From a virus (Duplodnaviria > Caudoviricetes), in IMG/VR virus record IMGVR_UViG_3300008267_000515, positions 1 to 53,643 of that record: a stretch of 53,643 nt of DNA; one strand, given 5' to 3'. The notes under the pieces were generated by a model that was not told the origin of the DNA, ran no database searches, and saw nothing but the letters and a program-made list of their open reading frames with translations. The first letter of the stretch is position 1, and each line of letters opens with the position of its first letter. The position numbers and the translations under genes are program-made. Of this stretch, positions 19,742 to 29,378 are shown piece after piece.

Positions 19742-20658
19742 TGTTGTACTCCTGACTTTACTACCGCGGTTTGGTCAGCCTTTTTAGGGAGAAAGTTAAA
19801 GTCTCGCAAAAGCGACAATATATCTGCAGAACCGCCAGCCAACGACTGCAATCCGCTGGGTTCATAGGACGAGTACGTCTGCGTCTCTAACGGCAACCCC
19901 TGCAACAACGACTGCATGAACAGCAGGTTCCGCTTAGGGTCGTCACGCTCTTCGGTAAACTGCGCCAAGTCTGCACTAATGCCCTGCTGCTCAATCGCAC
20001 GCTGCTCGGCACCACCAGCACGCTGCGCTCCCAGTACATCAAGGCCGTAACGCTGCGCTTGCCCCGCCGCCGCCATTTCCCGAGCCTGCTCGGTGTTGAA
20101 CTGATTCTGGGCCTGTTCAAACGCTTGGTTATATCCAGTGCCGGTTATGCTGTTAATTCGGTCTAACAACCCACGTTGAAGCTCGGCTTCTGCTACACCT
20201 TGACGTGACCCGCCATAAGCACCGGCTTTGCCGTACTGACTCTGCAACTGCTGCTGTGATATTTCGTTTTGTCTGCGTGCAGCGGCGTACTGTGGGTCTA
20301 GGACCGACTGCAAATACGGGGTCATGTACTGCTGTACGACGCTGTTTGACGCAGGAGTAAAGCTTGGTGAGGCCCCACCAGCAACTGCCGCAGCAGAAGG
20401 CTGCGTGTACGCAGAGCCAGTAAACGACATTGGGTTGTACGTCGTGCCGGTTGGGGTTTCCAGCGCCCCTAGCCCTGTAAAAGCATTAGTCTGCAGATTA
20501 GAGGCACCTGCAGTAAGCGGGCCGCCGTAAGCAGTATATGGCGTGTTGGATAACGCTGCGCCCCTGCCGAGCATCTGGGTTACGTACGGTCCGGCAAAAC
20601 TGGAAAGGGACGACTCTTCTGCCGTTCTTACACCCATCGGGTTTACTGGATCAGCCAT
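19738..20658 (-). CDS. putative DNA-ejection (pilot-like) protein
   Basis: QQYMTPY…GAYGGSRQGVAE…Q/A-rich helices typical of podophage ejection proteins. Confidence 0.65.
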   Translation of the reverse strand: MADPVNPMGVRTAEESSLSSFAGPYVTQMLGRGAALSNTPYTAYGGPLTAGASNLQTNAFTGLGALETPTGTTYNPMSFTGSAYTQPSAAAVAGGASPSFTPASNSVVQQYMTPYLQSVLDPQYAAARRQNEISQQQLQSQYGKAGAYGGSRQGVAEAELQRGLLDRINSITGTGYNQAFEQAQNQFNTEQAREMAAAGQAQRYGLDVLGAQRAGGAEQRAIEQQGISADLAQFTEERDDPKRNLLFMQSLLQGLPLETQTYSSYEPSGLQSLAGGSADILSLLRDFNFLPKKADQTAVVKSGVQQ

Positions 20659-20667
20659 TTCATCACC

Positions 20668-21426
20668 TCACACGGGTGTAAATTTGTTGGGGGTTATCTT
20701 GCGCCCTTGTTCTTTTGTGCCGGTTCGCGCTTGACGCACCCTATCCATCATAGAATACAACACTTTAGCTCCCGCGTCCGAGTTACCGTTACCAAGGTGG
20801 CTAACCACATCGGCTGGCATTACAAACTCACCGTCGCTGAGCGCAGCGGGCTGGCTGCCGTTAATGTTCGCAGGGATACGATCTGCCATGCCGTCAGTGG
20901 TTCCGCCCAAGTAGTACCCTTGAGACTGGGGTAGTGAAGCGAGTCCGCCTTGTGCGAGGCCCTCGGTGTCATCCCCTAAATTAGAAATCCCTTGGCCGCT
21001 AAACAGTTTATTGAAGAAGTACTGTGCTTCCTCAGCTGATAACCCATCAAACACTCCAGCAGGCGCGCGGGTAGTGACGGGCACGTTTACGGGGTTAATG
21101 GCCGCTGACATTGTATTTCCCGTTGGGGTATACGTCATGTCGCTAAAGTACCGTCGACCGCCACTGCCCGGTCTGCGCGGCTCTCCTGTAGGGGTTGTGG
21201 TTGCAAACGCATCAGGCAAAAGCGTACGGTTGACGCCGTACTCTGGAATCCCCCCGGTGTACCCCACGGGCTGCTGCTTCTTACCCGTAATAAACTCACC
21301 AATCCCACTGTCGGGTTTAAGTGCGCCGTACGCCAACGCCCCCAGACCCGCGCTGGTAGCAGCCTTTACAGGATCAAACTTACCGGCAGTGCGGTACAAA
21401 TTTGATATAAACTCAGGAATACCCAT
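20668..21426 (-). CDS. putative internal virion protein
   Basis: C-terminal DGMADRIPA…ALSDGEFVMPADVVS…GNG motif. Confidence 0.65.
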   Translation of the reverse strand: MGIPEFISNLYRTAGKFDPVKAATSAGLGALAYGALKPDSGIGEFITGKKQQPVGYTGGIPEYGVNRTLLPDAFATTTPTGEPRRPGSGGRRYFSDMTYTPTGNTMSAAINPVNVPVTTRAPAGVFDGLSAEEAQYFFNKLFSGQGISNLGDDTEGLAQGGLASLPQSQGYYLGGTTDGMADRIPANINGSQPAALSDGEFVMPADVVSHLGNGNSDAGAKVLYSMMDRVRQARTGTKEQGRKITPNKFTPV

Positions 21427-21430
21427 GGGG

Positions 21431-22927
21431 TCAACCTCTCAGCAAACGTATAATTTCATCTATGTTGGCGTAAGGCGCTACTTTACCACCACTGTAGTAA
21501 GAACCCTCACTCTCGGTGCTATCTTTTCCTGACAAAGCTCGCATGAGGTTCTCTACGAACGTCGAGTCTAAATCAAACGTGCTATTTATATCTGCAAGCC
21601 CTGCCTTCTCGGTGGACTCCATCCGCATACCCTGACTGGGTGCAGGTGTTGCCGGGGTAACTGGAGTGGTTACTGTAGTTTTTGGTGGCCCCACTACTAT
21701 GGGTGGATTAACTACTACCGGTGTATCCTCTCCCAGATCAGCCGGTGTCAGAGTGACAGTAGATGGCCCCACTGGCGGAAAGTCCGTCTTTATAATTGAG
21801 TAGGGGTCTGTCTTCCTCATGTCACCTTCCGGATAGACTTGTGGACCCCTAATAACCCCAGTGTCCACGCTAGGTACTTTCGTAGGGAGTGTCGGCAAGC
21901 CAAGCTCTTCCAACGTCTTTATCGTGTCAACTTCCGGATAGACTTGTGGGCTTCTAATAACCCCAGTGTCCACGCTAGGTACTTTCGTAGGAAGCTGTGG
22001 GCCGGGGCCAGTGGGGTCAGCGGTTCCGCTTTGACCGTCAGTGACGATAGAGTAGGGGTCGTCGTTAACGACGTCATCTTCTTTCTTTGGCGTAAGGTTT
22101 ATACCAACCCTAGCCGCAGTATTTGCTACATCGGCGTTAGCGGTGGCAAGAATCGTCTCCAAGTCTTTCCCAAGAATAGTAGCGGTGGTAGCAGGGTCGA
22201 GCCCCGACTGTTTGGAAATAATATCAATGACCGAGTCTCGTATACTGCCAGAATCTAGCCCACCCGGCTTACTAAGCACCGAGTTAATGGCTTGGTCGAG
22301 GATCGGAATACCGGTTGTTACACCCACGTTGGTGTTTGAGCGAGGCAGCTGCCCTGCTTGTATAACGGGTTGCCCTGCTGGAGGGGTGCCGAATACTATG
22401 TTCCCAGTCCCTGTTACAGGGTTAAGCACTAGCTGCGATTGATCGTAAAACGGAAAGAAGTCTTTAATCTGACTGAGCAGCGTGTCAGCAGCGGATTGCG
22501 CCGCGACCACGGGGTTTGCTGCAAAGCTTGTCACATACGGGTTCTGCGCCAACTCCCCTGCCATATCGGTCATACCAAGCTTAGCGGCTTGGTCATACAA
22601 CGCTTGGTACTGCGCGTCGCGTCCTTCGGTATCCCCGGCTTGGAGCTGCCCTTCGGTGCTTTGCAGGAGGTTATACAGCGATTCAACTTGCCCTTCTGGA
22701 GTCTGCTCAATAGCTGGGGGCCGGTCTTTGTCGCCCCGGTTCAGTATCGCATTTACAGCCAGCGAAAAAAGGATACTCGCAGGGTCAACGCCAAACAGTT
22801 TAGTGCCAGAGCTTGCGGCGCCAGCTGCCCTAGCGGCAGCGTCTGCCCCACCCTGCAGACTTATAAGCCCTTGCGCGTTTACAGCGTTGGGGTACGCGAG
22901 GATGGTTGGGTCTACGGGATTTGGCAT
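21431..22927 (-). CDS. putative internal virion protein, low-complexity P/T/V-rich
   Basis: 498-aa ORF with GAGGTG RBS; internal duplication. Confidence 0.6.
   Translation of the reverse strand: MPNPVDPTILAYPNAVNAQGLISLQGGADAAARAAGAASSGTKLFGVDPASILFSLAVNAILNRGDKDRPPAIEQTPEGQVESLYNLLQSTEGQLQAGDTEGRDAQYQALYDQAAKLGMTDMAGELAQNPYVTSFAANPVVAAQSAADTLLSQIKDFFPFYDQSQLVLNPVTGTGNIVFGTPPAGQPVIQAGQLPRSNTNVGVTTGIPILDQAINSVLSKPGGLDSGSIRDSVIDIISKQSGLDPATTATILGKDLETILATANADVANTAARVGINLTPKKEDDVVNDDPYSIVTDGQSGTADPTGPGPQLPTKVPSVDTGVIRSPQVYPEVDTIKTLEELGLPTLPTKVPSVDTGVIRGPQVYPEGDMRKTDPYSIIKTDFPPVGPSTVTLTPADLGEDTPVVVNPPIVVGPPKTTVTTPVTPATPAPSQGMRMESTEKAGLADINSTFDLDSTFVENLMRALSGKDSTESEGSYYSGGKVAPYANIDEIIRLLRG
21826..21991. 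repeat. 61-bp imperfect direct repeat (21826-21886, 21931-21991), encoding PTKVPSVDTGVIRxPQVYPE
   Basis: Seen directly; 105-bp in-frame period. Confidence 0.85.
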
Positions 22928-22935
22928 GTCTCACC

Positions 22936-23589
22936 TCAAGGTGGCGTTGGCAAAGGGTCAGGGAGAATGGAGACGAACATTACCGCAATCACCGCCGACG
23001 AAATTCCCGGGTGGGGAGACGTAGGTGCCACGGCGTCCAAGAGCATATTCAAATGATCTCCGGTCCACATAATTTTAATGTACTGCCCTGCCTGTAGGTC
23101 AATATTGAAGCTCCAGTTAAGCTCAAGCACTCCACCCGACCCGGATATCAAATACTCCCGCGCAGAGTAGCCAATGTCGACGCCGTTGCGGTTAATCCAG
23201 ACGTATGCAATTTTACTGCTTGCGTTAGTACTGCGCAAAATGGCGCTGAACTGAAAATTGTACACGCCCGAGTACGTTGCCGTTATCAGAGTTTCAGTGG
23301 CAGCATCAATGGTAATGGCGTTGTTCAGGTAAGTTTGGTTGAACCGCACCGGCTGAGCGACGTTTATTGTTACGAGCGCTTGGTCCGCGGTATCAAAGAA
23401 CAACCCGTTGGGGCTGTCAATAAACCGGCCACCGTCGGCCCCCGTTACCAAGTTGATGTTGTTGGCAGCTCGGTTAAAAAATAGACGTAGTATGTTATTT
23501 AGATCGCTAAGGTACCCCCGCACCGAGCTCTCAGCGGGAACGGGCAGTGCAGGCGCCTGCAGTTTTTCAATTGAAGACTTACCGGCCAT
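22936..23589 (-). CDS. putative tail/virion structural protein
   Basis: N-terminal APALP…ILRLFFN; beta-rich C-terminus (GVYNFQFS, DLQAGQYI) resembling a TNF/C1q-like jelly roll. Confidence 0.6.
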   Translation of the reverse strand: MAGKSSIEKLQAPALPVPAESSVRGYLSDLNNILRLFFNRAANNINLVTGADGGRFIDSPNGLFFDTADQALVTINVAQPVRFNQTYLNNAITIDAATETLITATYSGVYNFQFSAILRSTNASSKIAYVWINRNGVDIGYSAREYLISGSGGVLELNWSFNIDLQAGQYIKIMWTGDHLNMLLDAVAPTSPHPGISSAVIAVMFVSILPDPLPTPP

Positions 23590-24572
23590 CAGCCTCTCCT
23601 GCCATCAGGTCGCAGGTCTATTCTCGGAATGCCCAGTTTCCACGTAACGCCAAGCCCGGTTGACTCAATCTTCACCGCAATCTGCCGACCTCTGATACGA
23701 ACGAAAGCCTGCCCAGTAAACTCTTCAATCGGCACCGAGGCAGAGCGCACAACCGAGCTTGAACTATTGCCCCCAGCAGAGAGCGGGTTGTTGTACCCAG
23801 AACCTGAGTTTTCCAACGGCAGCAGTGTCATGGTGGCCGAAGGCGAACCGGCGGTTGAACCCACAAACGTCATGTCGGGCAGGATACGGTTTATCATCAT
23901 AAACTTGTCGCCTTCGTCCAACGAAAACTCACCGGAAGTAATTGTCGCGGTGATTGCAACGGCGGTGCCCAGTTCGTTAGAGTCGACCCCATTCTCGTGG
24001 TATACCAAGTTATTGCTAAACGTGGCTGCTAACGGGTAGTTGCGAAGGTCTGAATCCAGCCACGCCGCGCGGCTAAGGCTGCCGTAGTACCAAATACTTT
24101 CTATGTAGTTATAGACCACGTACAAGTCGTTTTGAGTGGCATCGGCAGACGGATAGAACCACCACACCTCGTCAAACTGCTCTATCGTGCCACAGACAAC
24201 TTGGTCAAACTGATTTGGGTTAATGTCGTTGAACACGTAGCTTCTGACAGAACAGGGCAGTGTCTTGACCGTACCGTCGTAGTAGTAAAACTTGTCTTTC
24301 CCCATCCAGTACGCGACGTTGTTTGCGTAGATTGTCGCGTTAGGGCTTATGACTGTGATGTTATCACCAAGCAGCTGCGCTCCCCACACGTCAGGAGCGC
24401 CTAAGTACTGCAGACCGTAAAGTGCAGCGTCCGTAAACACCAGAATTTCTTGTCGCGCTTGTCTAATAGTAATGATCTCGGTGCCCTTGGACACGCGCAG
24501 GCTCCCCGCTTGGTTAGTAGCGGAGGGCGTCCAATTCGCTACGTCTTCTTGATCTGACCAACGGATCAGCAT
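23589..24572 (-). CDS. C-terminal part of a P22 gp10-like tail/DNA-stabilisation protein
   Basis: IRWSDQED, YWMG…FYYYDG, EVWWFY, C-terminal PDGRRG; the frame is open upstream to about 24638 (SDIFRFAFCFGSNELG…DPM). Confidence 0.7.
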   Translation of the reverse strand: MLIRWSDQEDVANWTPSATNQAGSLRVSKGTEIITIRQARQEILVFTDAALYGLQYLGAPDVWGAQLLGDNITVISPNATIYANNVAYWMGKDKFYYYDGTVKTLPCSVRSYVFNDINPNQFDQVVCGTIEQFDEVWWFYPSADATQNDLYVVYNYIESIWYYGSLSRAAWLDSDLRNYPLAATFSNNLVYHENGVDSNELGTAVAITATITSGEFSLDEGDKFMMINRILPDMTFVGSTAGSPSATMTLLPLENSGSGYNNPLSAGGNSSSSVVRSASVPIEEFTGQAFVRIRGRQIAVKIESTGLGVTWKLGIPRIDLRPDGRRG

Positions 24573-24600
24573 TGGGTCAAGGGCTGCGCTGCCAAGTTCG

Positions 24601-25413
24601 TTAGAACCAAAACAAAACGCAAACCGGAAGATGTCCGATCAAAGTGGACACAAAAACAGCACGAGTGTTAACGCCGTTATCCGCTTCCCAATAATACGGT
24701 TGGCCGCCACGGTAAGTAAAAAATAAGTCCTCACCAAAGTTGTTCTGGCTCCACAACCGCATCGGAGCAAGTGTTGTTTCACCAATTCCCCACTCACCAA
24801 AACCCCATCGCCCAGCACCCCACCCGGCAAACGGCACTTCAATCGCGTTGCCTACTGGTATCTGGTAAGCCGCTACCGTTGCCGATCCGCCGTTACCTAC
24901 GTCAGACGCATTAGCTGTTGCTGTGGCTACAATCGTGTAAGTGTTGGCAGTGGGGACCGTGGCGACGGTGTACTCTTTGTTTATTACCACCGCTGTGATG
25001 TTACCGCCCAGACTTACGGCGCCAGAGAAAGTAACGTAATCGCCCTGCTGCGCACCATGAGCTGTTTCAGTGACTGTCAAAATAGCAGAGCCGTTAGTCG
25101 CAGCAAACGTCGCGTCTCCGGCAGCGGTAGTCAGTCGAATCGGCGTCACGTCAAAGTAAGCACCGCCTCGCTCAATGTAGTACTTGAGGTTTGTGCCCAC
25201 GGACACGAGGTTCTGCCCAGACAGCGTGCTCCAGTTAGTTAGGGACCGCGCTATACCGAGGTACGTAGACGAGGATACCCGCTCCCAGCCGCCTATCTTC
25301 TGGGGCAAGCCAAAGCGGAACCTGACCTTATTGATGTCATACCACGTGCCTTCGGCTGAGTACCGCGTGTTTTCTCGGTTGACACCGGCTTTGAATTGTA
25401 TTTTCTTCAACAT
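24601..25413 (-). CDS. N-terminal part of the same tail protein (frame broken near 24640)
   Basis: MLKKIQFKAGVNRE…KVRFR…PQKIGGW; WGAGRWG; WSQNNFGEDL; aberrant tail HLPVCVLFWF. Confidence 0.7.
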   Translation of the reverse strand: MLKKIQFKAGVNRENTRYSAEGTWYDINKVRFRFGLPQKIGGWERVSSSTYLGIARSLTNWSTLSGQNLVSVGTNLKYYIERGGAYFDVTPIRLTTAAGDATFAATNGSAILTVTETAHGAQQGDYVTFSGAVSLGGNITAVVINKEYTVATVPTANTYTIVATATANASDVGNGGSATVAAYQIPVGNAIEVPFAGWGAGRWGFGEWGIGETTLAPMRLWSQNNFGEDLFFTYRGGQPYYWEADNGVNTRAVFVSTLIGHLPVCVLFWF

Positions 25414-25440
25414 GGTGGGGCAACCTCAACAGGTGGGCAC

Positions 25441-25926
25441 TTAACCGCCGGACAAGAATAGCACTCTTTCAGCTTCTCTGCGACGCACAAGACCTTGCAG
25501 GACTTTACCGCTGGACTTGTTCCACTTCAGGAACTCGTTTGCCGCGCCGTCGTAGTCACCGCGATTGTACTTCATTCGGAGCGTAGATGATTGCAGGTTG
25601 CCTAGTCCCACGTTGAAACTAAAGCTGACAAGCGCGTCAAACTGAGGCTGACTATCATCACTAGCAGGACATAGTCGGGATACTCCATTCTCAAATCTTT
25701 GTAAATCTTGTTCAAGTAACGTATCAATTTCGTCATTGGCAAACACCCGATTGTGTTCAGTCCGCAGCGAGTACGCTGATCTCTCAGGCGTCTTTAACCG
25801 CGCCTGCTCAGGGTACAGCACGTGGCCGTAACCGACGGTGTAAAGCAGCGCGGGGCACTTGTAGGGCATATTGTGGCAGCCTTCAAAAGACTTGATTAGC
25901 TGAATGCCAGCCTCAGATGTCTTCAC
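25441..25926 (-). CDS. endolysin, GH24 (T4/P21-like) lysozyme
   Basis: LIKSFEGC, E-x8-C-x5-T triad, TVGYGH, FDALVSFSFNVG, GLVRRREAE. Confidence 0.93.
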   Translation of the reverse strand: MKTSEAGIQLIKSFEGCHNMPYKCPALLYTVGYGHVLYPEQARLKTPERSAYSLRTEHNRVFANDEIDTLLEQDLQRFENGVSRLCPASDDSQPQFDALVSFSFNVGLGNLQSSTLRMKYNRGDYDGAANEFLKWNKSSGKVLQGLVRRREAERVLFLSGG

Positions 25927-26405
25927 TTATTAAACGCTCTTCCGCCGAAGTGGAACGCAATAATAGCTGCAAGGATACTCATCTCATCATCACTGAACAC
26001 CATGTTCATCGCGTCAGCAAAAGCCACGCCAGTGCTGTAGGCATACCAGATGCCCGCAATATCCACGACGACTAATAGCAAAACAAAAATGTACGTCACG
26101 ATGGGCCTGACAGAGACTCGCAAGTTAATCGCCCACGTAGACGCACCTTCACCAATCTTCATGTCGTGTTTCCACATAGCCAACTTCTCTTGGGCCTGTG
26201 TCTGCATGGCAATCTGCTCGGTCTTGATCTCTTCAACCCGCGCTTGGGCAACAAAGCCCTCCTTAGCAAGTGCGATCTCGCGCTCACGATTAGCAGCCAT
26301 CAGCGCCAGTTCGTGCTTCTTGTCACCCCGGTCTTGGACGAAATCCAGCACCTTCGGCAGACCGCCAGAGGCAAAGCCCAGCAGTGTAGATATTAATGCC
26401 ATCAT
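25923..26405 (-). CDS. putative holin (GTA-type 3TM-like)
   Basis: W…LRVSVRPIVTY, TM segments and FHFGGR; directly upstream of the endolysin. Confidence 0.65.
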   Translation of the reverse strand: MMALISTLLGFASGGLPKVLDFVQDRGDKKHELALMAANREREIALAKEGFVAQARVEEIKTEQIAMQTQAQEKLAMWKHDMKIGEGASTWAINLRVSVRPIVTYIFVLLLVVVDIAGIWYAYSTGVAFADAMNMVFSDDEMSILAAIIAFHFGGRAFNK

Positions 26406-26659
26406 TGTTTGTTACCTCGGCATGGGGGTTCAGCATCGGCGTTACTGAGTTTTACGCCAGCAAGAAGGCCGATAAAGCCCCCGATAATTGTTTGGAAAGC
26501 AGGGGAGATCAGTTTGAAGACTTCTGCGTTGTCGATATTGTCAAACCAGAGGCCGACAACTAGCGCAATGACCATTACCAGCACAGAGAAACAAAGCGTG
26601 GCAGAGACCATGAGTGTCACCGCGAATGTGAGCTTGCCTTTCATGTCACTTTCGTTCAT
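26402..26659 (-). CDS. small two-TM membrane protein
   Basis: Two hydrophobic helices; coupled to the holin gene. Confidence 0.6.
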   Translation of the reverse strand: MNESDMKGKLTFAVTLMVSATLCFSVLVMVIALVVGLWFDNIDNAEVFKLISPAFQTIIGGFIGLLAGVKLSNADAEPPCRGNKQ

Positions 26660-26662
26660 TCC

Positions 26663-27142
26663 CTACCCCCTGAGTTTTTCAATGATACCGACAACAAACG
26701 CGACGAGCGTTCCAGTCAGACCCGCGATAGCCGCAATCGTTGCGCTGTTCATAATGAAGTTTCGCATCTTGCGCCGCTGTGTCGCTTCAGTCGCGGTACG
26801 CGTTTCCTTGATCTTCATCCTGTCGCGGATCATGTCTTTGTACGCATCAACGCCGTAACGGTAGACGATCAGCTCGCGCAATTCCTTTTCCTGCTGCTCA
26901 ATCTTTTTACGGCGCATCAGGTTCTGCATCGCTTCTTGTTCGACCGAGCCTTTGTACAGCAGCTTCTTAAATAACGGGGGGTTCTTGGCTTCTTCCTCGG
27001 CTGCCTTTACGTCTGCAACAGCACCAAACCAAGTGCCGAGCTGCCCACCCATGTCCTCAATCTCACGGCCCATCTCAATGCCACGCTTGATCGCACTGTA
27101 CGCAGCGTTTGCAAGAGCGAAGGCCGAGACGGGATCAATCAT
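26663..27142 (-). CDS. hypothetical protein with C-terminal TM helix
   Basis: MIDPVSAFALA…AIKRGIE N-terminus; charged core; hydrophobic C-terminus. Confidence 0.7.
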   Translation of the reverse strand: MIDPVSAFALANAAYSAIKRGIEMGREIEDMGGQLGTWFGAVADVKAAEEEAKNPPLFKKLLYKGSVEQEAMQNLMRRKKIEQQEKELRELIVYRYGVDAYKDMIRDRMKIKETRTATEATQRRKMRNFIMNSATIAAIAGLTGTLVAFVVGIIEKLRG

Positions 27143-27393
27143 TCTGGACCATCTCCACCATTGATTTTAGCCCACGCACCCAGCATCAGGATGCCCAGAA
27201 CAAACACTGTTCCTGCCTTGGCAATGGTCTGCCAAACAACTTTCTTCATGCCGCGCCAATCACCAACTAAGGATCGCAATTCGCGTACATCGTTGCCCGC
27301 GTCATCGTCGTGCAGGCCGACTTCTTTGAGGACAGATTTCATCTCTTCGCGGACTATCATGCGTAGGGCTATTTCAGCATCGTGAGTCCTCAA
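27139..27393 (-). CDS. coiled-coil plus C-terminal TM protein
   Basis: 84-aa ORF; TM segment AGTVFVLGILMLGAW; start uncertain. Confidence 0.6.
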   Translation of the reverse strand: MRTHDAEIALRMIVREEMKSVLKEVGLHDDDAGNDVRELRSLVGDWRGMKKVVWQTIAKAGTVFVLGILMLGAWAKINGGDGPE

Positions 27394-27796
27394 CCAGTTT
27401 GGTAATTAAATCCACGTAGTAGGTGGGGTAATCGCACTCTGCCGTCACTCGCACATCGTACTGCTCAGGCGGGACAAAGAGCCGATTGGTATCCTCAAAG
27501 CGCCCTGCTTTAATGCGATCTACCCACACTACAAAGTCTGCATTAAACACCTTTCGGGTGGTCTCGGTGGGGCAAACAAAATCCGCAATAACATTTCCAT
27601 ACTTACCGGCTATGTCACACAGGTGCCCCATCCTGCGGGCTTGCTCGATCCTGTCCTCAAAGCTAAAACCCAAGTCCTTGTTGATGTGCTTACGGATGTC
27701 GTCTGCGTTAAAGTGCGGACACCGCAGTCGTTCTGCCAGAGCTGTCGCCAGTGTGGTCTTACCGGCGTTGGGCAATCCCATCACAAGGATTTTCAC
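27374..27796 (-). CDS. cysC: adenylylsulfate (APS) kinase-like P-loop kinase
   Basis: GLPNAGKTT P-loop; NADDIR; DLGFSFEDRIEQARR; ADFVCP; PPEQYD; shorter than cellular CysC. Confidence 0.75.
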   Translation of the reverse strand: MKILVMGLPNAGKTTLATALAERLRCPHFNADDIRKHINKDLGFSFEDRIEQARRMGHLCDIAGKYGNVIADFVCPTETTRKVFNADFVVWVDRIKAGRFEDTNRLFVPPEQYDVRVTAECDYPTYYVDLITKLVEDSRC

Positions 27797-28185
27797 AGCA
27801 GAGCATCAAGCTCGTCGTGAGTCGTAGCAGCTTCAATCGCAGCGATCTTAGGCGCAACGGCGTCCTTAGCAGCTTGCAACTTAGCCGGGTCATAGGCAGT
27901 CGGGTCGTTCATCTGCTTCTGCATCTCTTGTTGAAAACCAAAGCTGGCATTTGCCTTCATGCCGTTCTTACGGTCTGCAACTTCAATGTTGTAAGTGCCG
28001 TACACAATCTGCACTGGGTCAGTGGTCAGATCAAACGTGTGGGCAGTGTAGCCCTGACGGTGTGCAGTGATAGCAGGGCGTACTTCAACGGCATTCTTCC
28101 AGCCATCGTTGCCCACGCCAGCAGGTGGCAAAGTGTCCCAGCATTGTTTAACTTCGTTGTTCTGTACTTGTACGTAAAGTGCCAT
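27793..28185 (-). CDS. putative tail-fibre assembly/accessory protein
   Basis: AGGAG RBS; follows the propeller genes; C-terminal AIEAATTHDELDALL is typical of fibre chaperones. Confidence 0.55.
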   Translation of the reverse strand: MALYVQVQNNEVKQCWDTLPPAGVGNDGWKNAVEVRPAITAHRQGYTAHTFDLTTDPVQIVYGTYNIEVADRKNGMKANASFGFQQEMQKQMNDPTAYDPAKLQAAKDAVAPKIAAIEAATTHDELDALL

Positions 28186-28216
28186 TGTTGTTACTCCTAG
28201 TGTAAAAAGTTAAGAT

Positions 28217-29371
28217 TTAAACTGCTATTGTGCACGATTGCCCAGTTGTTATTTGAAACCAAACACCAGAACCCACCTGCACAGGGCTGGAACGGTTAGT
28301 TGCGTCGCCCAGACCTAATTGACCGGAGGTGTTTTTCCCCCAAGCCCATAATGTGCCGTCTGTTTTGATAGAAAAAGCTTGCCCCTCACCGCCAGAAGCC
28401 ACCGTTAGCCAAGTAGTCAATGCACCAACTTGTTTGGGTGAATTATAAGATGTAGTGTTTCCTAAACCTAACGACCCAACAGCGCCGTAACCCCATGTCC
28501 AAAGAGTACCGTCTGTCTTAGAAGCAACAGCGTTTGCATAATAACCGCCGCCAGACACATTTAACCACGCCGTTAATGCGCCTACCTGCTTAGGACTAGA
28601 ATAACTAGTTGAATTTCCCAAACCAAGTGCGCCGGTATTATTTTTACCCCAAGACCAGAGTGTGCCATCGGTCTTGATGGCCCAAGTTGAATAACTTGTG
28701 GCTACCTTCAACCAACTAGTAAGTGCGCCGACTTGAACAGGTGATGAATAGTTAGTTACGTTGCCTAAGCCTAATTGGCCATTGGCGTTTACTCCCCACG
28801 CCCATAGCGTACCGTCCGTCTTAATGGCTAAAGAAGAACCGACAAGATAATTTCCACCTGCAAAACTTAACCAGTTTGTAAGTGAACCAACTTGCTTGGG
28901 GGAAGAATAGTTGGTTGTATTACCTAAACCTAATCTGCCTGAATTACCCGAACCCCATGCCCAAAGAGTGCCATCTGTTTTTATGGCAACACAACTTTGC
29001 CTTACTTGATATACCTTCAACCACGTAGTCAAAGCGCCAACTTGTTTAGGAGATGAATAGTTGGTGGTGTTTCCTAAACCTAGCTGTCCAGAGGAATTAG
29101 CTCCCCATGTCCAAAGGGTTCCGTCAGATGCAACCGCAGCAGCAGCATTGTCGCTGATTGAGGCAGATCGCCAGTACAAAGCTCCAACGTGTTTAGGTGA
29201 GGAATAGGTAGTGGTGTTGCCTAAGCCAAGTTGACCGCTGCCATTTATCCCCCAGCTATACAGCTCAAAAGTGTTATAAGCCGCAGGCCAAGTCCCCAAC
29301 GCCTTAGCATTAGCTTGGCTGCTGAGGTTCCAGATTCCACTGTATTGAACGCCTGATATGATTATGGGCAT
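28217..29371 (-). CDS. RCC1/BLIP-II-repeat beta-propeller protein (7 repeats), type B'
   Basis: About 50-aa repeats KTDGTLWxWGxNxxGQLGLGNxTxYSSPKQVG; N-terminal SGVQYSGIW. Confidence 0.92.
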   Translation of the reverse strand: MPIIISGVQYSGIWNLSSQANAKALGTWPAAYNTFELYSWGINGSGQLGLGNTTTYSSPKHVGALYWRSASISDNAAAAVASDGTLWTWGANSSGQLGLGNTTNYSSPKQVGALTTWLKVYQVRQSCVAIKTDGTLWAWGSGNSGRLGLGNTTNYSSPKQVGSLTNWLSFAGGNYLVGSSLAIKTDGTLWAWGVNANGQLGLGNVTNYSSPVQVGALTSWLKVATSYSTWAIKTDGTLWSWGKNNTGALGLGNSTSYSSPKQVGALTAWLNVSGGGYYANAVASKTDGTLWTWGYGAVGSLGLGNTTSYNSPKQVGALTTWLTVASGGEGQAFSIKTDGTLWAWGKNTSGQLGLGDATNRSSPVQVGSGVWFQITTGQSCTIAV

Positions 29372-29378
29372 AGTTGTC

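Noticed and set aside
24590-24660. Programmed tail-chaperone-type frameshift
   Set aside because: There is no XXXYYYZ slippery heptamer at the switch, the shift is +1, and the gene is not a tail assembly chaperone.
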